From Epiperipatus broadwayi (taxonomy: Eukaryota > Animalia > Onychophora), in the NCBI GenBank assembly GCA_028023455.1, contig JAQFVV010000001.1, positions 6,324,001 through 6,388,000 on the forward strand: a DNA stretch of 64,000 nucleotides, in the 5' to 3' direction. The notes under the pieces were generated by a model. The model was not told the origin of the DNA, ran no database searches, and worked only from the letters and a program-made list of their open reading frames with translations. The number at the start of each line of letters is the position of its first letter. Position 1 is the stretch's first letter. Position numbers and translations under genes: made by a program. Below, piece by piece: positions 39,204-51,600 of the stretch.

Positions 39204-39974
39204 TTTTTAAAAAAACTATTAATATATTGTTCATAAAGAAAACAAGAAATGTCAACCCTACTTTCCTCTCAACCAACCAATTCAAATTCTCCATCATCAT
39301 TCAAAGACACATAAGGTCATTATAATATGCATAGTCATATCCTCACATGACATTCGTTTTTTATACATGACAAAAAAAAATCATTGCACTTCATAATCAG
39401 ATGACATCAATACAAACATGCATGACATTATTAAATGAGGTTCGTATAATTCATTTACAAATGCATCATAAACTAAGTTAGTTTTGATGTGATAACAAGG
39501 ATAAAATAATTCAAATAGATATAATTATTAGGCTATGTGTGGAATGTATTAAAATATCATAACTGGTATCCACAACACTATTCAAACTTCATTTATCAGG
39601 CCCAACACATTGGCTGCACCAAAAAACTACTGTAGCCCTCCCCCAACACCAATCATACATCTCCTATGAATAAATACCCAGGGCACCAATTCTATTGATA
39701 ATAGAATAAACTAGTAATGTGACTCTACTTTGAGTCACTATCGAGAATCTTAGAATAATGTCCAACTATAGCTTAGCTGGGGGGGGCATAGAGTTCCATA
39801 ATATGGAAAATGCAAATAAAATACAGGAGAAAATATTATGAATCAATAAGAGTAAAATATCTATTTGGTTTTGCAATAAATAAGTAATTGAAATTGATAA
39901 AATTCTATCCATCCAAACTAATAGGTTATAGTTCAAGTTTATCTCCTCCCATCATCAAAATGCACTTCTGATTA

Positions 39975-40215
39975 ATACTTTAATAAGTCGAGATAAAGAT
40001 ATAGCACTAATAAGCTTTTACTGCATGATAAGTTTAAATTAAATGAGACAAAGGTATAGCACGAATCAACTTTTACTGTATACTAAGTTTAAATTGCATA
40101 AAATAAAGATATAGCACTAATTAACTTTTACTGTATAATAAGTTTAAATTAAACAAAACAAAGATATAGTACTAATTAACTTTTGCTATATGAAAAGTTT
40201 AAATCAAATGACTAA
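39975..40215. repeat. ~50-bp minisatellite, about 4-5 units
   Basis: Repeating aaagatatagcactaattaacttttactgtataataagtttaaatt. Confidence 0.85.
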
Positions 40216-41747
40216 ATTAATACCTATTTTGAAACAATAAGGCAATACCTCAGGGTTTTATTACATAACTTATCTAAAAATTCATACTATATAATAGCTA
40301 CCAATTACCATCATAAAAGGTAACAACACAAAATTAAGGTCTTGTTCTAATTAGGTAGCAGTTAGACAATGAAAAAAATAGGGTACCTTTTTATTTCAAA
40401 TCATAATCCATAAAATAACTAAGTACATAAACTTCCCCAGAAGTTCATCAAATAATTAAGCATTTCATATAATGTTTGGATTGAGAAAATAATATCATCA
40501 GATTTGAACATGTTTATTATTAAGTTCACGAAATAGTGCAATTATATCATATTGGATATGTATGTGTGTGTGTGGAAACTAAGAATACGAATGCATGTAA
40601 AATAACAACTCTCAACAAAGTTTAAAATAAATGAAACATTAATTACATTATGTAACCAAAATAAATACAGTCAGTTTATATTAAGATCAGAGTTTCAGAG
40701 TCTATTGACTAGGTTTATCAATTACAACTCCTAAATTTACAAATATATCTTGCAGGTCTTGATATCTGATATTTATATTTTTTTTCTCTTTTCTTTTTTT
40801 ATATTCCAGAACTCATAACTTTATTTTATTACACACTTCTGTAACACAAACTGACAAAATGAAGTAATACCTGTACATCCTTACTTCACATATATACAGG
40901 CTATCAGCTAATTTTAATATCCTTTGACAACCAAACCAAGACTGGGGTAATTAAACAATGCAATATGACTCTAAATATATGAGTTAGAGAAATCACACTG
41001 TCCTTTATGAGTCACTTGAACAATTCTATTAACTAGCTACACTTTTTTTCCTTTTTTTGTTTACTCATTCAAGATGAGGATGAATCATTTTGAGGATTTG
41101 AGGATTTAAAATTTAAAATAAATTATTATGATATGATTTAAAATATCTACCCAAGACTTAAAAATACAGTGATAAATTTCTTCAATCTCTTCAGAATCAA
41201 TAGTAATTCATGTGTGCTTCTTTATTATACTACCTGTTATAATATACTTAACATAGCTATATCCCATTGGTTTGCTTATGAAATTAAGAGATAAAATATA
41301 ATATGGATAATGCCATAGACCAACCAATGACTTTAGCACTACTTCTGTTTTAGATGCTCCATAAAGGAAATTAATACTACCATTTATTTTAATTGACAAA
41401 CTATATTTCACATATCTATGACTATACAATGCAAAACATTTCAAAATGGACACATGAGAGACAAAAAGACCTTCTTAATTCTACAAATCTAAATGACAAA
41501 ATATAGTGACTCCCTAACCTTACTCAGAGGTTCAATATTGGCATAGACTCAGTCTTATCACTGAAAACAAGGAAAATACGCTTCTTTACTTCATATAATA
41601 TAGTCATCATAATGCACAAATGCTTAATCTAGGAAATATAATCCACTCATGATAAGTATTTAAATAAACTAAGGGAGAGTTCTCTCAATCCCTGACAATA
41701 TAATATTATCCTTAATGATTACTTTCCTCATAGCTACTTAACACATT

Positions 41748-44399
41748 TCATTCTATACATAAAAGAAAATAAATTCATTTGTAGATAAATTCCTATTTCT
41801 TTCATCTCTTTTGGCATATTACATCATCCAAAACTGTCTAGAAAAATACAAATCAAGTGACTATAAATTTAACAATTATATAAATGAATTTCTCAAAACA
41901 GGCACACATATGCATAACATGCACAAAATAATTTTAAATCATATTCAATATGTAGATATTATACCAACATCAACCAATAAAGCGAAAATAAATCTTTAAT
42001 TCATGATGAATTATAAAGCTTCAAATTTTTAAGTATTACAATTGTTATTAAACAGACTTCATCATCTCTAACAGTGCAAAAATAAAACAAAAATTTTTAT
42101 GCATCTACCCCTTTTTAAATTAGCTGCTAGCTTCATAATAACAAATAAATACTTCTACCACTAACATGGGCATATGGAATACATGTACATAAAAAAATTA
42201 TATCAAAATGACAATCAATTACCCAGTATAATACTTTTCATATTATATGTATCTGAAATGATCATGGAGCAAAAGAAAATAAAAAAACATAAAGACAAAT
42301 AAATTGATCTACTTATCTACCATACACTAACAACAAAAGAAATTATTAAATCTTCTTTAGCTGGAAAGTAAAAGTTCAGTTGTACAGTCTGTAAATAATG
42401 CCTCTTAAACATATACAAAAATAATGATAATATTTATAAAATGAATAGATGTTAGTAGACATATAGACAAATTCCCACAGGATGAACAATACATATTTGG
42501 ATCGAATTGAAAAGCAGTTTCCAATGTTCTTAGCAAATAGCTAATTGAAATTGCTGGCAATATAGCATGCGAAATATTCAACATATTTTCTTTTCATAAT
42601 GACAAATTATGTTTACTGCTGCAGATTTCCAGTAATTTAATTAACTGATGGTTTTTCAGTTTTATAACTGAGCAATCAGTCTTGCAAATTTCAAAAGGAG
42701 TATTAGTTTTCCACCAATTAACATTGACTATAATTACATATATCCAGGAATTCATGATACTTTATCAAAGGCCATCCATTAGATGAATACTTAATTAATT
42801 TATAATATTCACTTAAGCCTATATAATTTTTAAATGACAATATATTTTTAGTGATAATGAGAACAATGAGAAAATGTACACATGTAATATTCATGCTATT
42901 CCACTCACATTAAGTTATAAGCATACTTAATAGAGGTTAGTTATCCATTAGTTTTATATAAGCCACACATTCAATTCCTTAATTCTGGAAGATATGAATG
43001 ATTAGACATAATTCTCATCTGATAATAATTTATGGCATGTTACACTAAGTTAGACACACACACTCTTCACTTTGAGTTTTACTTTTCTATAGCTAGAAAA
43101 AAAAATTTAATCTAGAGTTTATGAAATGTTTTGTTAAAAAGCTCAGCATAATTTCCCCATAAATCAGTAAAATTCATACAATTCTATTTTTTCATTAATA
43201 CTAAAGATTAAGGTTAGGGAAGTTAAACTTGAGTTATAGATGCATGTATGTATTTTAAGTGATGGTAATAAATCTAAAGTTCTTTAATTGAAAACATAGA
43301 GTGATATACCTTGCTTGAAGTTGATTAAGTTGTAATCCTTTTCTTTATATTCCAAAGAAATTTTTTTAACTAGATTTATATAAGAAAAATAATACTTAAA
43401 GAAAAGTCATACTTTTGAATTTAAATTGAATATTAACCACTTGATTTTGGAAAAAGAACCACATAGAGAGATAGAGAACTGTGTTAAGCAGATTACTTTC
43501 TTGTATATCTTTTTTGTTACCAATTATTGCTTAGATATCCATTTCTTCAACTAATCAAGAGGTTACTCCCCTCAAAGGTCAACACCACCTTTTGCACTAA
43601 GATAATTAGCTGGAAATATTCAATAATTTTTTTTTCTCTTTAGAAGAAGGAAAAAAATTACTCTGACCTTTAAATGATATTAAATCAAAGTGAATGAAAA
43701 TATTCTTTACACTTCTAAAAATGAAATAATAAAAAAAATAATCACCCAGTAAATAAAGCAATTGATAGTGTATTTGGTCTGCTTAACAATTCACTGGTCC
43801 ATCCACCCATTGAATCACTTAGGATGTGTTTAAATTGGTTATCAAAGATATTTATTATAAATTTAAATATTTTACTGTAAAACATAATATTCTGTATCAT
43901 AACCAAATACATGAGTGAAAGATAAAGTTGTAAGATGATACAAACATACATGCACACACATATGCTGTACTATAAATACTAAACCAATCTGATCAAAATA
44001 GAAGCCTATATGACCATGAGTCAAATATACTGTGCTAACCATGCTATGGACTGGAGTATCTATGAGCAAATAAACCAGAAAATCATTAAACAAATATCAA
44101 CTACTGTCTTACAGACAAATAAGACAAATCTGTATCAACTCAACCTATATACTATCAGTTTGTGTGACAAGCCACCTTCTTTCTATCATTAAATACCCAT
44201 CATGAAAGACTAAATGTCTTAAAACTTCTAAATAATATCTGTAAGTAATTTTTTAAACAAGGTTATGGATTATTAATTAAACATTTTTTAAAATGCCATG
44301 TTATTTCATTTTTTTTTTTTTAGCTAAGCGCAATTAATTTTTACTGACACAGTGTTGTCTTCTTAGAATTTGTTTCTTGTGTCCATTTAAAAAGTCACA
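41748..44399 (-). repeat. 5' LTR (shared portion)
   Basis: Colinear with 33828-36779. Similarity ends exactly at TGTGA (44399). Confidence 0.85.
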
Positions 44400-45063
44400 A
44401 TATGTATATGTTTATTTATTATATGGAAATTACACAAACTTCTTTTCACATTGGCATTAAAAAAAGTCATTTAAAAAGTTATGTAATATGTTGAAAATAT
44501 AAAGACAAGATAATAAGACCAATTATATATTCTTCATTTTGCTAGATATGATGATATAAATCTATGACTTAAAAAGACTGTATTGTATTGAGTATGTGAA
44601 GCAATGAATAGTATAATACTTTAAAGAAAAATATTTCAAGGTAAATTTGATCAAGATTTTCAGAGACAAATAGCATTCATTTACATTATACAGAACATCT
44701 TAAAGACATTTAAAGAGATGATATATTATGCTTTCAATGGGAGATTATGGCTGTGAAGAAAATCAGTTAGAGATATTAAAATAAGGAAGTTAAAAAGTAA
44801 TATATAATGTAAGACATATTTATGAATCATGGATTGGTTTGTATAGTCATAGGTGTGTGCAATCATCACAAATCGCCTATAACTTTTATTCTTTTAATTT
44901 TTTTATTTTTCTTTTGGAATTCAAATTATCTTATTTCATTTATAAAAAAATGGCAAATATCTGATGATGCAAACACACACACAAAAAAATTATTGAACGA
45001 AGATAAATATTTCCATTTACATAAATCTTTTTTAAAAATTAACTATTAAAAAAATTTCAGAAC

Positions 45064-45309
45064 CTGTTAAGACTTGTGACCCAAAGTGATTAAAAAGTCC
45101 AGCTTCAAATACAATATTTTCCTGGCCAATTGTTACTTCAACACGGCCTTCCAAGATCATAACAAAATAATCAGCTTGGACACCACGCTGGTAAATATAA
45201 CGATATTCTTTTTCATTACGTTTTAGTCTGACTGATACATAGATATCTTGTTTTATAAGTCTACGCAAAATTACCTCGGAAATATATTCCTTCTTAAAGG
45301 CATCCACAC
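45064..45309 (-). CDS. CNNM: CNNM exon, N-terminal part of the cyclic-nucleotide-binding-homology domain
   Basis: Acceptor ttttatacag|GT, donor ACAG|GTTCTG, 246 nt, phase 1/1. Translates (S)VDAFKKEYISEVILRRLIKQD...YIYQRGVQADYFVMILEGRVEVTIGQENIVFEAGLFNHFGSQVLT, matching CNNM YLYQR.K..DYF.LILQG.VEV. Confidence 0.97.
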
Positions 45310-45506
45310 CTGTATAAAAAATGATAAAATTAATATTAAAAATATTTAAAAAAAGGTGTCAACATTTATTTTTAAATTTATGGTTGCAAGAATATAAACA
45401 GAGCAAAACTCTCCATACAGTATTGCCACCTGTGCTAAACAGAATAATCAATGGATGCCAGAAGGCTTGTGCATAAAATCCCTATCTAATGCCTACTCAT
45501 CTAGTA

Positions 45507-45548
45507 TCCCCAGACTAGTTTCTGGCTTGTGGACTTCGTCAGTGAGGA
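45507..45548 (-). ncRNA. Minimal hammerhead ribozyme on the CNNM sense strand, with a stem II mismatch
   Basis: Mirror copy of 45601-45642. Stem II is GTC/GCC (U-C mismatch) and the core is intact. Predicted cleavage between 45513 and 45512. Confidence 0.72.
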
Positions 45549-45600
45549 GCTTTGGATCTGAGAGCACTGCATCTAGATCTTAGGATCTCAGATCCAAAGC

Positions 45601-45642
45601 TCCTCACTGACGAAGGCCACAAGCCAGAAACTAGTCTGGGGA
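45601..45642 (+). ncRNA. Minimal type I hammerhead ribozyme (right arm of the palindrome)
   Basis: TCCTCA-CTGACGA-A-GGC cacaa GCC-A-GAAAC-TA-GTC/TGGGGA. 6-bp stem I with one G-U pair, 3-bp stem II, palindromic stem III ACTAGT. Same layout as the newt satellite-2 hammerhead. Confidence 0.85.
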
Positions 45643-47249
45643 TATTGGATGAGTAGGCATTAGATAGGGATTTTATGCACAAGCCTTCTGGCATCCATTG
45701 ATTACTCTGTTTAGCACAGGTGGCAATACTGTATAGAGAGTTTTGCTCTGTTTATCAACAATTAATGTGCTAATATAGGAAATGTGATCATGTGATGTTT
45801 TGCAAGAATATATTAAATCAGATCAAGAAATAATATAATTACTATAAAAATAATTTACTTATCAAAACAAGGTCGACTATTTAAAAAAAATGCATATAGA
45901 TGACAAATAAAATATATGCAGAAACGCAAATCCATGACATATATTCTTGAATTTACAACGTTCACATTTATTCTTGAATTTATGCCCAAGAATAAATTAA
46001 ATGAAGAAAATGGAATACTTAGCAATAAAACTGTATATTAAATTAAAAAAGATATATCATGCACAAAATGTATATGAAATAAAAAAGCAACATTCAATAT
46101 ACATTTGTAGACATTAAATTCAATAATAAATGGATTCATTTGTATGGATTTGCATTTTTTTTCTAAAAGAAATTTTATTTTATTGCTATACTGAATGCTA
46201 GATACACTAGAACACATATATTATCTGTCACTATGTTAAATTGTGGTTTGCAATAATAAAAAATAGAGATCAATTTCAAACATCATCGTTTTTTTTTTCA
46301 ATTTGGTATATTTGAACACACACCCATTCCTTCTTCATTACATATATACCATCAACTACTTTATTATATTTCCATTACCGATGTATGACATTAATTATAT
46401 TTATGTATTTAAATCTATAAGCCTATTTGATAAAGATGAAATTTTAAAATCATTACTAATATAGATAATCGACTTTCACTTACTAACTCCATTATTTATT
46501 AATCTAATTCCTCTCTTATTGTAAGAACAACTATATTTAAAACATAACATTAACATATATATATATATTTAAAACATAACATTAACATATATATATATAT
46601 TGTAACCTGATAGAATGAGATGGGGGTGTGAGAAAGAGAAAAGAGAGAGAAAGAAAGAGAAAATGCTAATAATGAAATTAGATAAAGAATAAAATGCTAG
46701 TAATGAAATGGAGCTAATGATAATGGTAAGAATAAATGATAGAAAAGAAAAGAATCGAGGAGTAAAAGAAATGGGGGAAAGTAATAGAAATGATATATGT
46801 AGTGGAGAGAGAAAAGAAATGAGATGATGGAAAGATATGAAGAGAGATATAAGAAGATGTAATAAAGAAGAGAGAAATGAAATAAGATGATAAAAAAAGA
46901 GAAATGACATGAAAAGAAATGGAATAAAATTGAAATGAAATGAAATAAAATATAAATAAGAGACTCTAAACGATTCGGCTCAGTGGGGTTACAATAAATT
47001 TAAAGGAAAAGATGATGATCCAGAGATGTATAATCAAATAACGGGCAAATCCAATACTGATTAACTATAACTACTACAGCATATTAATATTTTAATAAAC
47101 CATACAAAAGATTATCTAAATTACTAATCAATGCTTAGCATAATATATATATATATATATATTACAAGGGGTTGTTTTTTCCCCTTTGTTTTTCTAAAAT
47201 ATAAGTTCTCACAAAACAAAACAAAAAAAAACTTTTACATTATTCCAGC

Positions 47250-48600
47250 ATAGTAATCTTTAACACAATGCAGGCTGGTTATTCTCCAAACATGACTATA
47301 ACTATAAAATTTGTTAGACATTGGATTGCTTTCCATGTATCAACTGTTCGTTCTTTTCTCTGATAATCGAAGAATATCATCAACTTGCCTTCTCCCTCCA
47401 TTTAAAGGCTTCCTGTATAGGTAGTGATATAGTACATTTTGAGTGCTTCTCGTTCAATTTCCGATCGCTACTATCATGATCAAGGAAAACATTTACAACT
47501 TTTTTTATTTATTTTTTAAAGTATTTAATAGTATCTTCACTATATATTTCTCCCTTCTCAATCCATTAACTATCTGATATTTAGATTTATTTCGGTTAAA
47601 TATTTTCCAGGGTGTTGTCTTTATAATAATCATTTTATGTATTTAGTTCATTCTTAAATGAGAGATATTCCCTTTATGTTGAGAGATGGCTATTGTTTTA
47701 TACACATATAAACACGATATTCATTGGACATATATATATATCTTGTAGAGTAATTTTCTTTTAAACTCTAGGATATTAAAATTAAAATTGTTAATTTTTA
47801 CTCATTTCTTTACAAAAGGTTTTATTGAAACTTGCTCTACCATTTATTGCTTTTTCCTTTTATATATATCGCTTCTATGTTTATTTCTTTCTACAAGGCT
47901 ATGATTATGTAATAACAAAACTCTGAAAGCCTAAGCCTAAATAAATTGTTATATGGAATAGTTACTTTAATTCAAGGTATTTATTTAAAAAAAACATACT
48001 TTGCCTTAGTTGATAATTTAAGATATACATTTATTTGGATTACTCTGATGCGGGAATGATCTAGATATGTTTATCTGTTAACTCTAGCCTAAATTCAGTC
48101 TTTATAATGTTTCCTTTCAGTGCGGACAATCCATAAGCAAACATAAAACTTCTTTGGTCCTGCATTTTATTTATACCTTTTTGTTTTGTACAATGATTTC
48201 AAGAGATTCTAGAGAATTATCAATTGTGGAATTTTACCTGTAGAGTTCGATTAGCTTATGTGGTTAAAAAACGACAATATTTAAAGAGGTTTTAATCAAA
48301 CTTTTCAAAATCAAAATCAAAAACTAAATTACTTGTTCCTCCATCTGCCATGACTTCAATTCAATTATCCCTCCAATTTTAATGAAAGTTCATCTGCGTA
48401 TTTTTTATTGGATAATTTCATTATCCCCTATCCCCTTTTCTGCTTTTATACATTTATTTTAGATACGAATGTTTGGCTTGTTTTTAAAATCAATTTTTGT
48501 TTTTTCAAACATTTTTAAATAAAGATAATATTTTTTTTAGAAATTGGATTGAATACGGTTTACTTTCTTGGTTTAGATCAGTGTTTTCGTAAAATGAATA
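47250..48600 (-). mobile_element. Decayed L1/Tx1-like LINE ORF2 remnant
   Basis: KRG*GIMKLSNKKYADELSL at ~48440-48380 resembles L1 IKGIKIG..EVKLSLFADD. Downstream fragments are broken by many stops. Confidence 0.45.
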
Positions 48601-51600
48601 TTATTTATTTACTTTAAACACCATTTAAAATTTAGCTAGAAACAACAATAATCGATTTTATTTATAAAATAAAATGCACACAGATAAATAATTATCTATC
48701 TATATAACGCTTGTTTGTTTACAAGATAAAGTTTAAACTTCACTCTATTCTTAAGTAATATCAACTGTTTACTCATTTGTAGCTATATCATGACTTTATT
48801 GATTATTATCTATCTCTGATATATATTTTTTGTTAATTATTTTACACATCATATCCTTTATAATTTTTAAATTAACTAAACCAAAGTTTAAACCCTCTGA
48901 TAACTAAAATGAAAATTACTTTTCCCAGCTTAATAGTACCTATCTTTTTGATTTAAAAAAATTTAAAATTATACAACACAAAACTTTATTCTCAGTTTTA
49001 TTTTAACTTCTTACATTACTTTGAAGTATTATATAGTTCTGAAGATAGTAATATTATGAAGCTACTTGAAGATATAAAATACATTTATATTTGTTTAATA
49101 GTGCAAATATATTAGATGATAAAAACATGTAACTATAAAATATTAGCTATTGATATTTGGTTTTAAATAATTTTTACAGAAATGTTAAATCATTTTATTT
49201 TATGAACAGATTTTATGAATTAGTTAATTTATATACAAGAAATCTTAAATATTATGTTATTTATTTATAATAAATTTGAAGTCATATTCTTAAAGAAGTT
49301 ATTGAAAAAGATAAAGATGTAAAGGATCCATTTCAAATTTAGAATAATTGAAACATTTTATAAGAGAGCCGAAAAAAACCGTAGAGATATAGTTATACTT
49401 TATGGTGGTACATTGTTAATAAATCTTAAATGAAGAAATTTTTAGTTAGTCATATTTTAAAATGTTATTTATTGGAGAACTATAATGAAATAATAAGAAT
49501 ATAATGAGAAGAGAATAAAAAAGGAAATAAGTTTTGCCTTATTTTGATAAGCATATTTATAATGTATTTAAAATTCATTAGAATTGAATTATTAAACGGT
49601 GTATGAAGATGAGGAAGAAGAAAAAAATAGATGTTTGTGCATATTTAGACGAAGATGGTTTATTGTATTAGTTTTTAAAAAAGCATTTTTGTCGTAAGAA
49701 GGGGTGTTGTGCCTACTGAAATTGGAGATATATGTAGTCATATTTTTTTTTCTTATTTGATTTTTGGATAATGTATATGTTAAACTATGAAATATTAATT
49801 GTGTTGCTATGACAACGATAATATCAATATAAAATTATTTAATATTATTTTGTAAGATTATAAATTGACTTTATTCATTCTTTTAAAAAATAAATAAATA
49901 TATAAATAATAAAGTACAGTTCTTGGATGAAATAATTTTTTTGTTATATGTTTCATTTTTGTTAACAATAGTAAATCATAAATAATACAAATAAAGGTTT
50001 AATATTTCAAATATTTTTATTTATTTATATAATATTATACTAGGTGATATATATGAAATATATTTCCATTATGATATATTGAAAATATGATGTAGATTGT
50101 TTAAGTTTTGATAAAATGAAAAATAATATTGGTATTGCAAAATTGTACATTTTTATTGTAATATTTCTCAAATATTTATTTTTATTAGTTGAATAATACA
50201 ATTTTTATTACACAAATGCTACAGAAATAGCTTAATGAGCGAATATAGACTATTACTATGGTTACTCTGACGTCAATGGAAAATCTTATAAGTAGGACTA
50301 GAAAATTTGAACAAAAACTTTTCTCTCTTATTTTTGCTTTGAATTGGGGCACGTTTAACTTTCACTACATGATTTTTTTTATTCACACTAAAAATAGGTA
50401 ATTCTCAAAATGAAATGGAAGACTAAAAATTAGGATTATCTGCCCAGTGACTGGAACAGATTATCGATAAAATTTGGTGGAAAATGACAAATTTATTGTA
50501 AAAAGAAAATTCATCAAAATTGCTTCATTACATAAATCATCAAAAATATTGCATCTTTTGAAATGGGTTTTACTTATAGTTGTAAAGACGAAATACAAAT
50601 ATGAAAAGGTATAAAAATTCTTTTTTTTCTTGTTTTATTAAATCGATTGATCAAATTGTTAAGAGATGAATTAGTTTAATTTACAGCGTCTATGTAAAAA
50701 GCTAGCGTCTCTTTATTCATATTGTTTTTAAATACTACTTGCTTATAAGAGGATAATTCTTAATAACATAGTAAACATAAAATAATATTTATATGTGTAA
50801 CATCATGTGAACCAAATTATCATTATTTAAAGGAAAATTGGAATATATACATAAAATATCGGAATCGACAAAATGTATTTTGAATTTAAAGTTCTTGCGC
50901 ATTCATTTTATTTTCTCTATAACAAAGACATACTTCTGAATTTATAGTTGGAAATATAGACATAGGAACTGTAATGCAATGTTGAGAATATAGTATGTAA
51001 AGACTTATTCAGGTTGTTTATTTACATTTCTCATTAATATACATATATATATGTGTGTGTGTGTGTTTTTGTTTATCTTTATTTAAAAATGTAAAATTAT
51101 TTATTGACAAATAATATATATATATTTGTTTGAGAAATAATATATATAATTAATTTAAATGGTAATCTATTCACATACTAAAATGTAACAGAGGTATGTT
51201 TTTTTCTAAGTTTAAATTTATAACTTGTAGTATGGTAATTATTATTTTAATTTAAATATTTATTTTTTTTTAGTGATTATAGATTAACTTCGAATACATC
51301 ATTTATATTAGAATTGCAAAAGATTATATCGCAATAAATAATTATTTTACTTTGTTTTTATTAATTGATATTAATAAATAAGTAGATTCATTTTCATCTA
51401 TATACATTTTTTATTAATTATATTTTATATGAAGTCTAAAAGAAGGCATATTTTGAATTCTTTTGTATTTTAGAAAGTGGGAACGTCTTGCAACACATTT
51501 GTGATGCATTATACATATATATATATATATATATATAGTATAGTATTTTGTTATTAATTAATCGAAAATTGATAGGAATTGACATATATAAATATGAAAT

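Larger units (their letters stand above)
33828..44399 (-). mobile_element. Gag-only (pol-less) Ty3/Gypsy-like LTR retrotransposon, decayed
   Basis: Direct repeats 41748-44399 and 33828-36779 both begin TGTGA on the minus strand. A polypurine tract AAAGAAGGGGG (36793-36783) lies just before the downstream repeat. A gag remnant lies between them and no pol is visible. Confidence 0.78.
45394..45755. repeat. Near-perfect palindrome with 170-bp arms (45394-45563, 45586-45755) and a 22-nt loop
   Basis: Direct comparison of the arms gives 5 mismatches in 170 bp. Confidence 0.98.

Noticed and set aside
36289-44192. Paired ORFs 36289-36480/43872-44093 and 36376-36600/44010-44192 as duplicated or mutually exclusive exons
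   Set aside because: They lie in the two LTR copies, show no convincing splice-site pair in CNNM phase, and have no recognisable domain.
46569-46910. 113-aa hydrophobic ORF
   Set aside because: It is the antisense reading of a GA-rich low-complexity tract.
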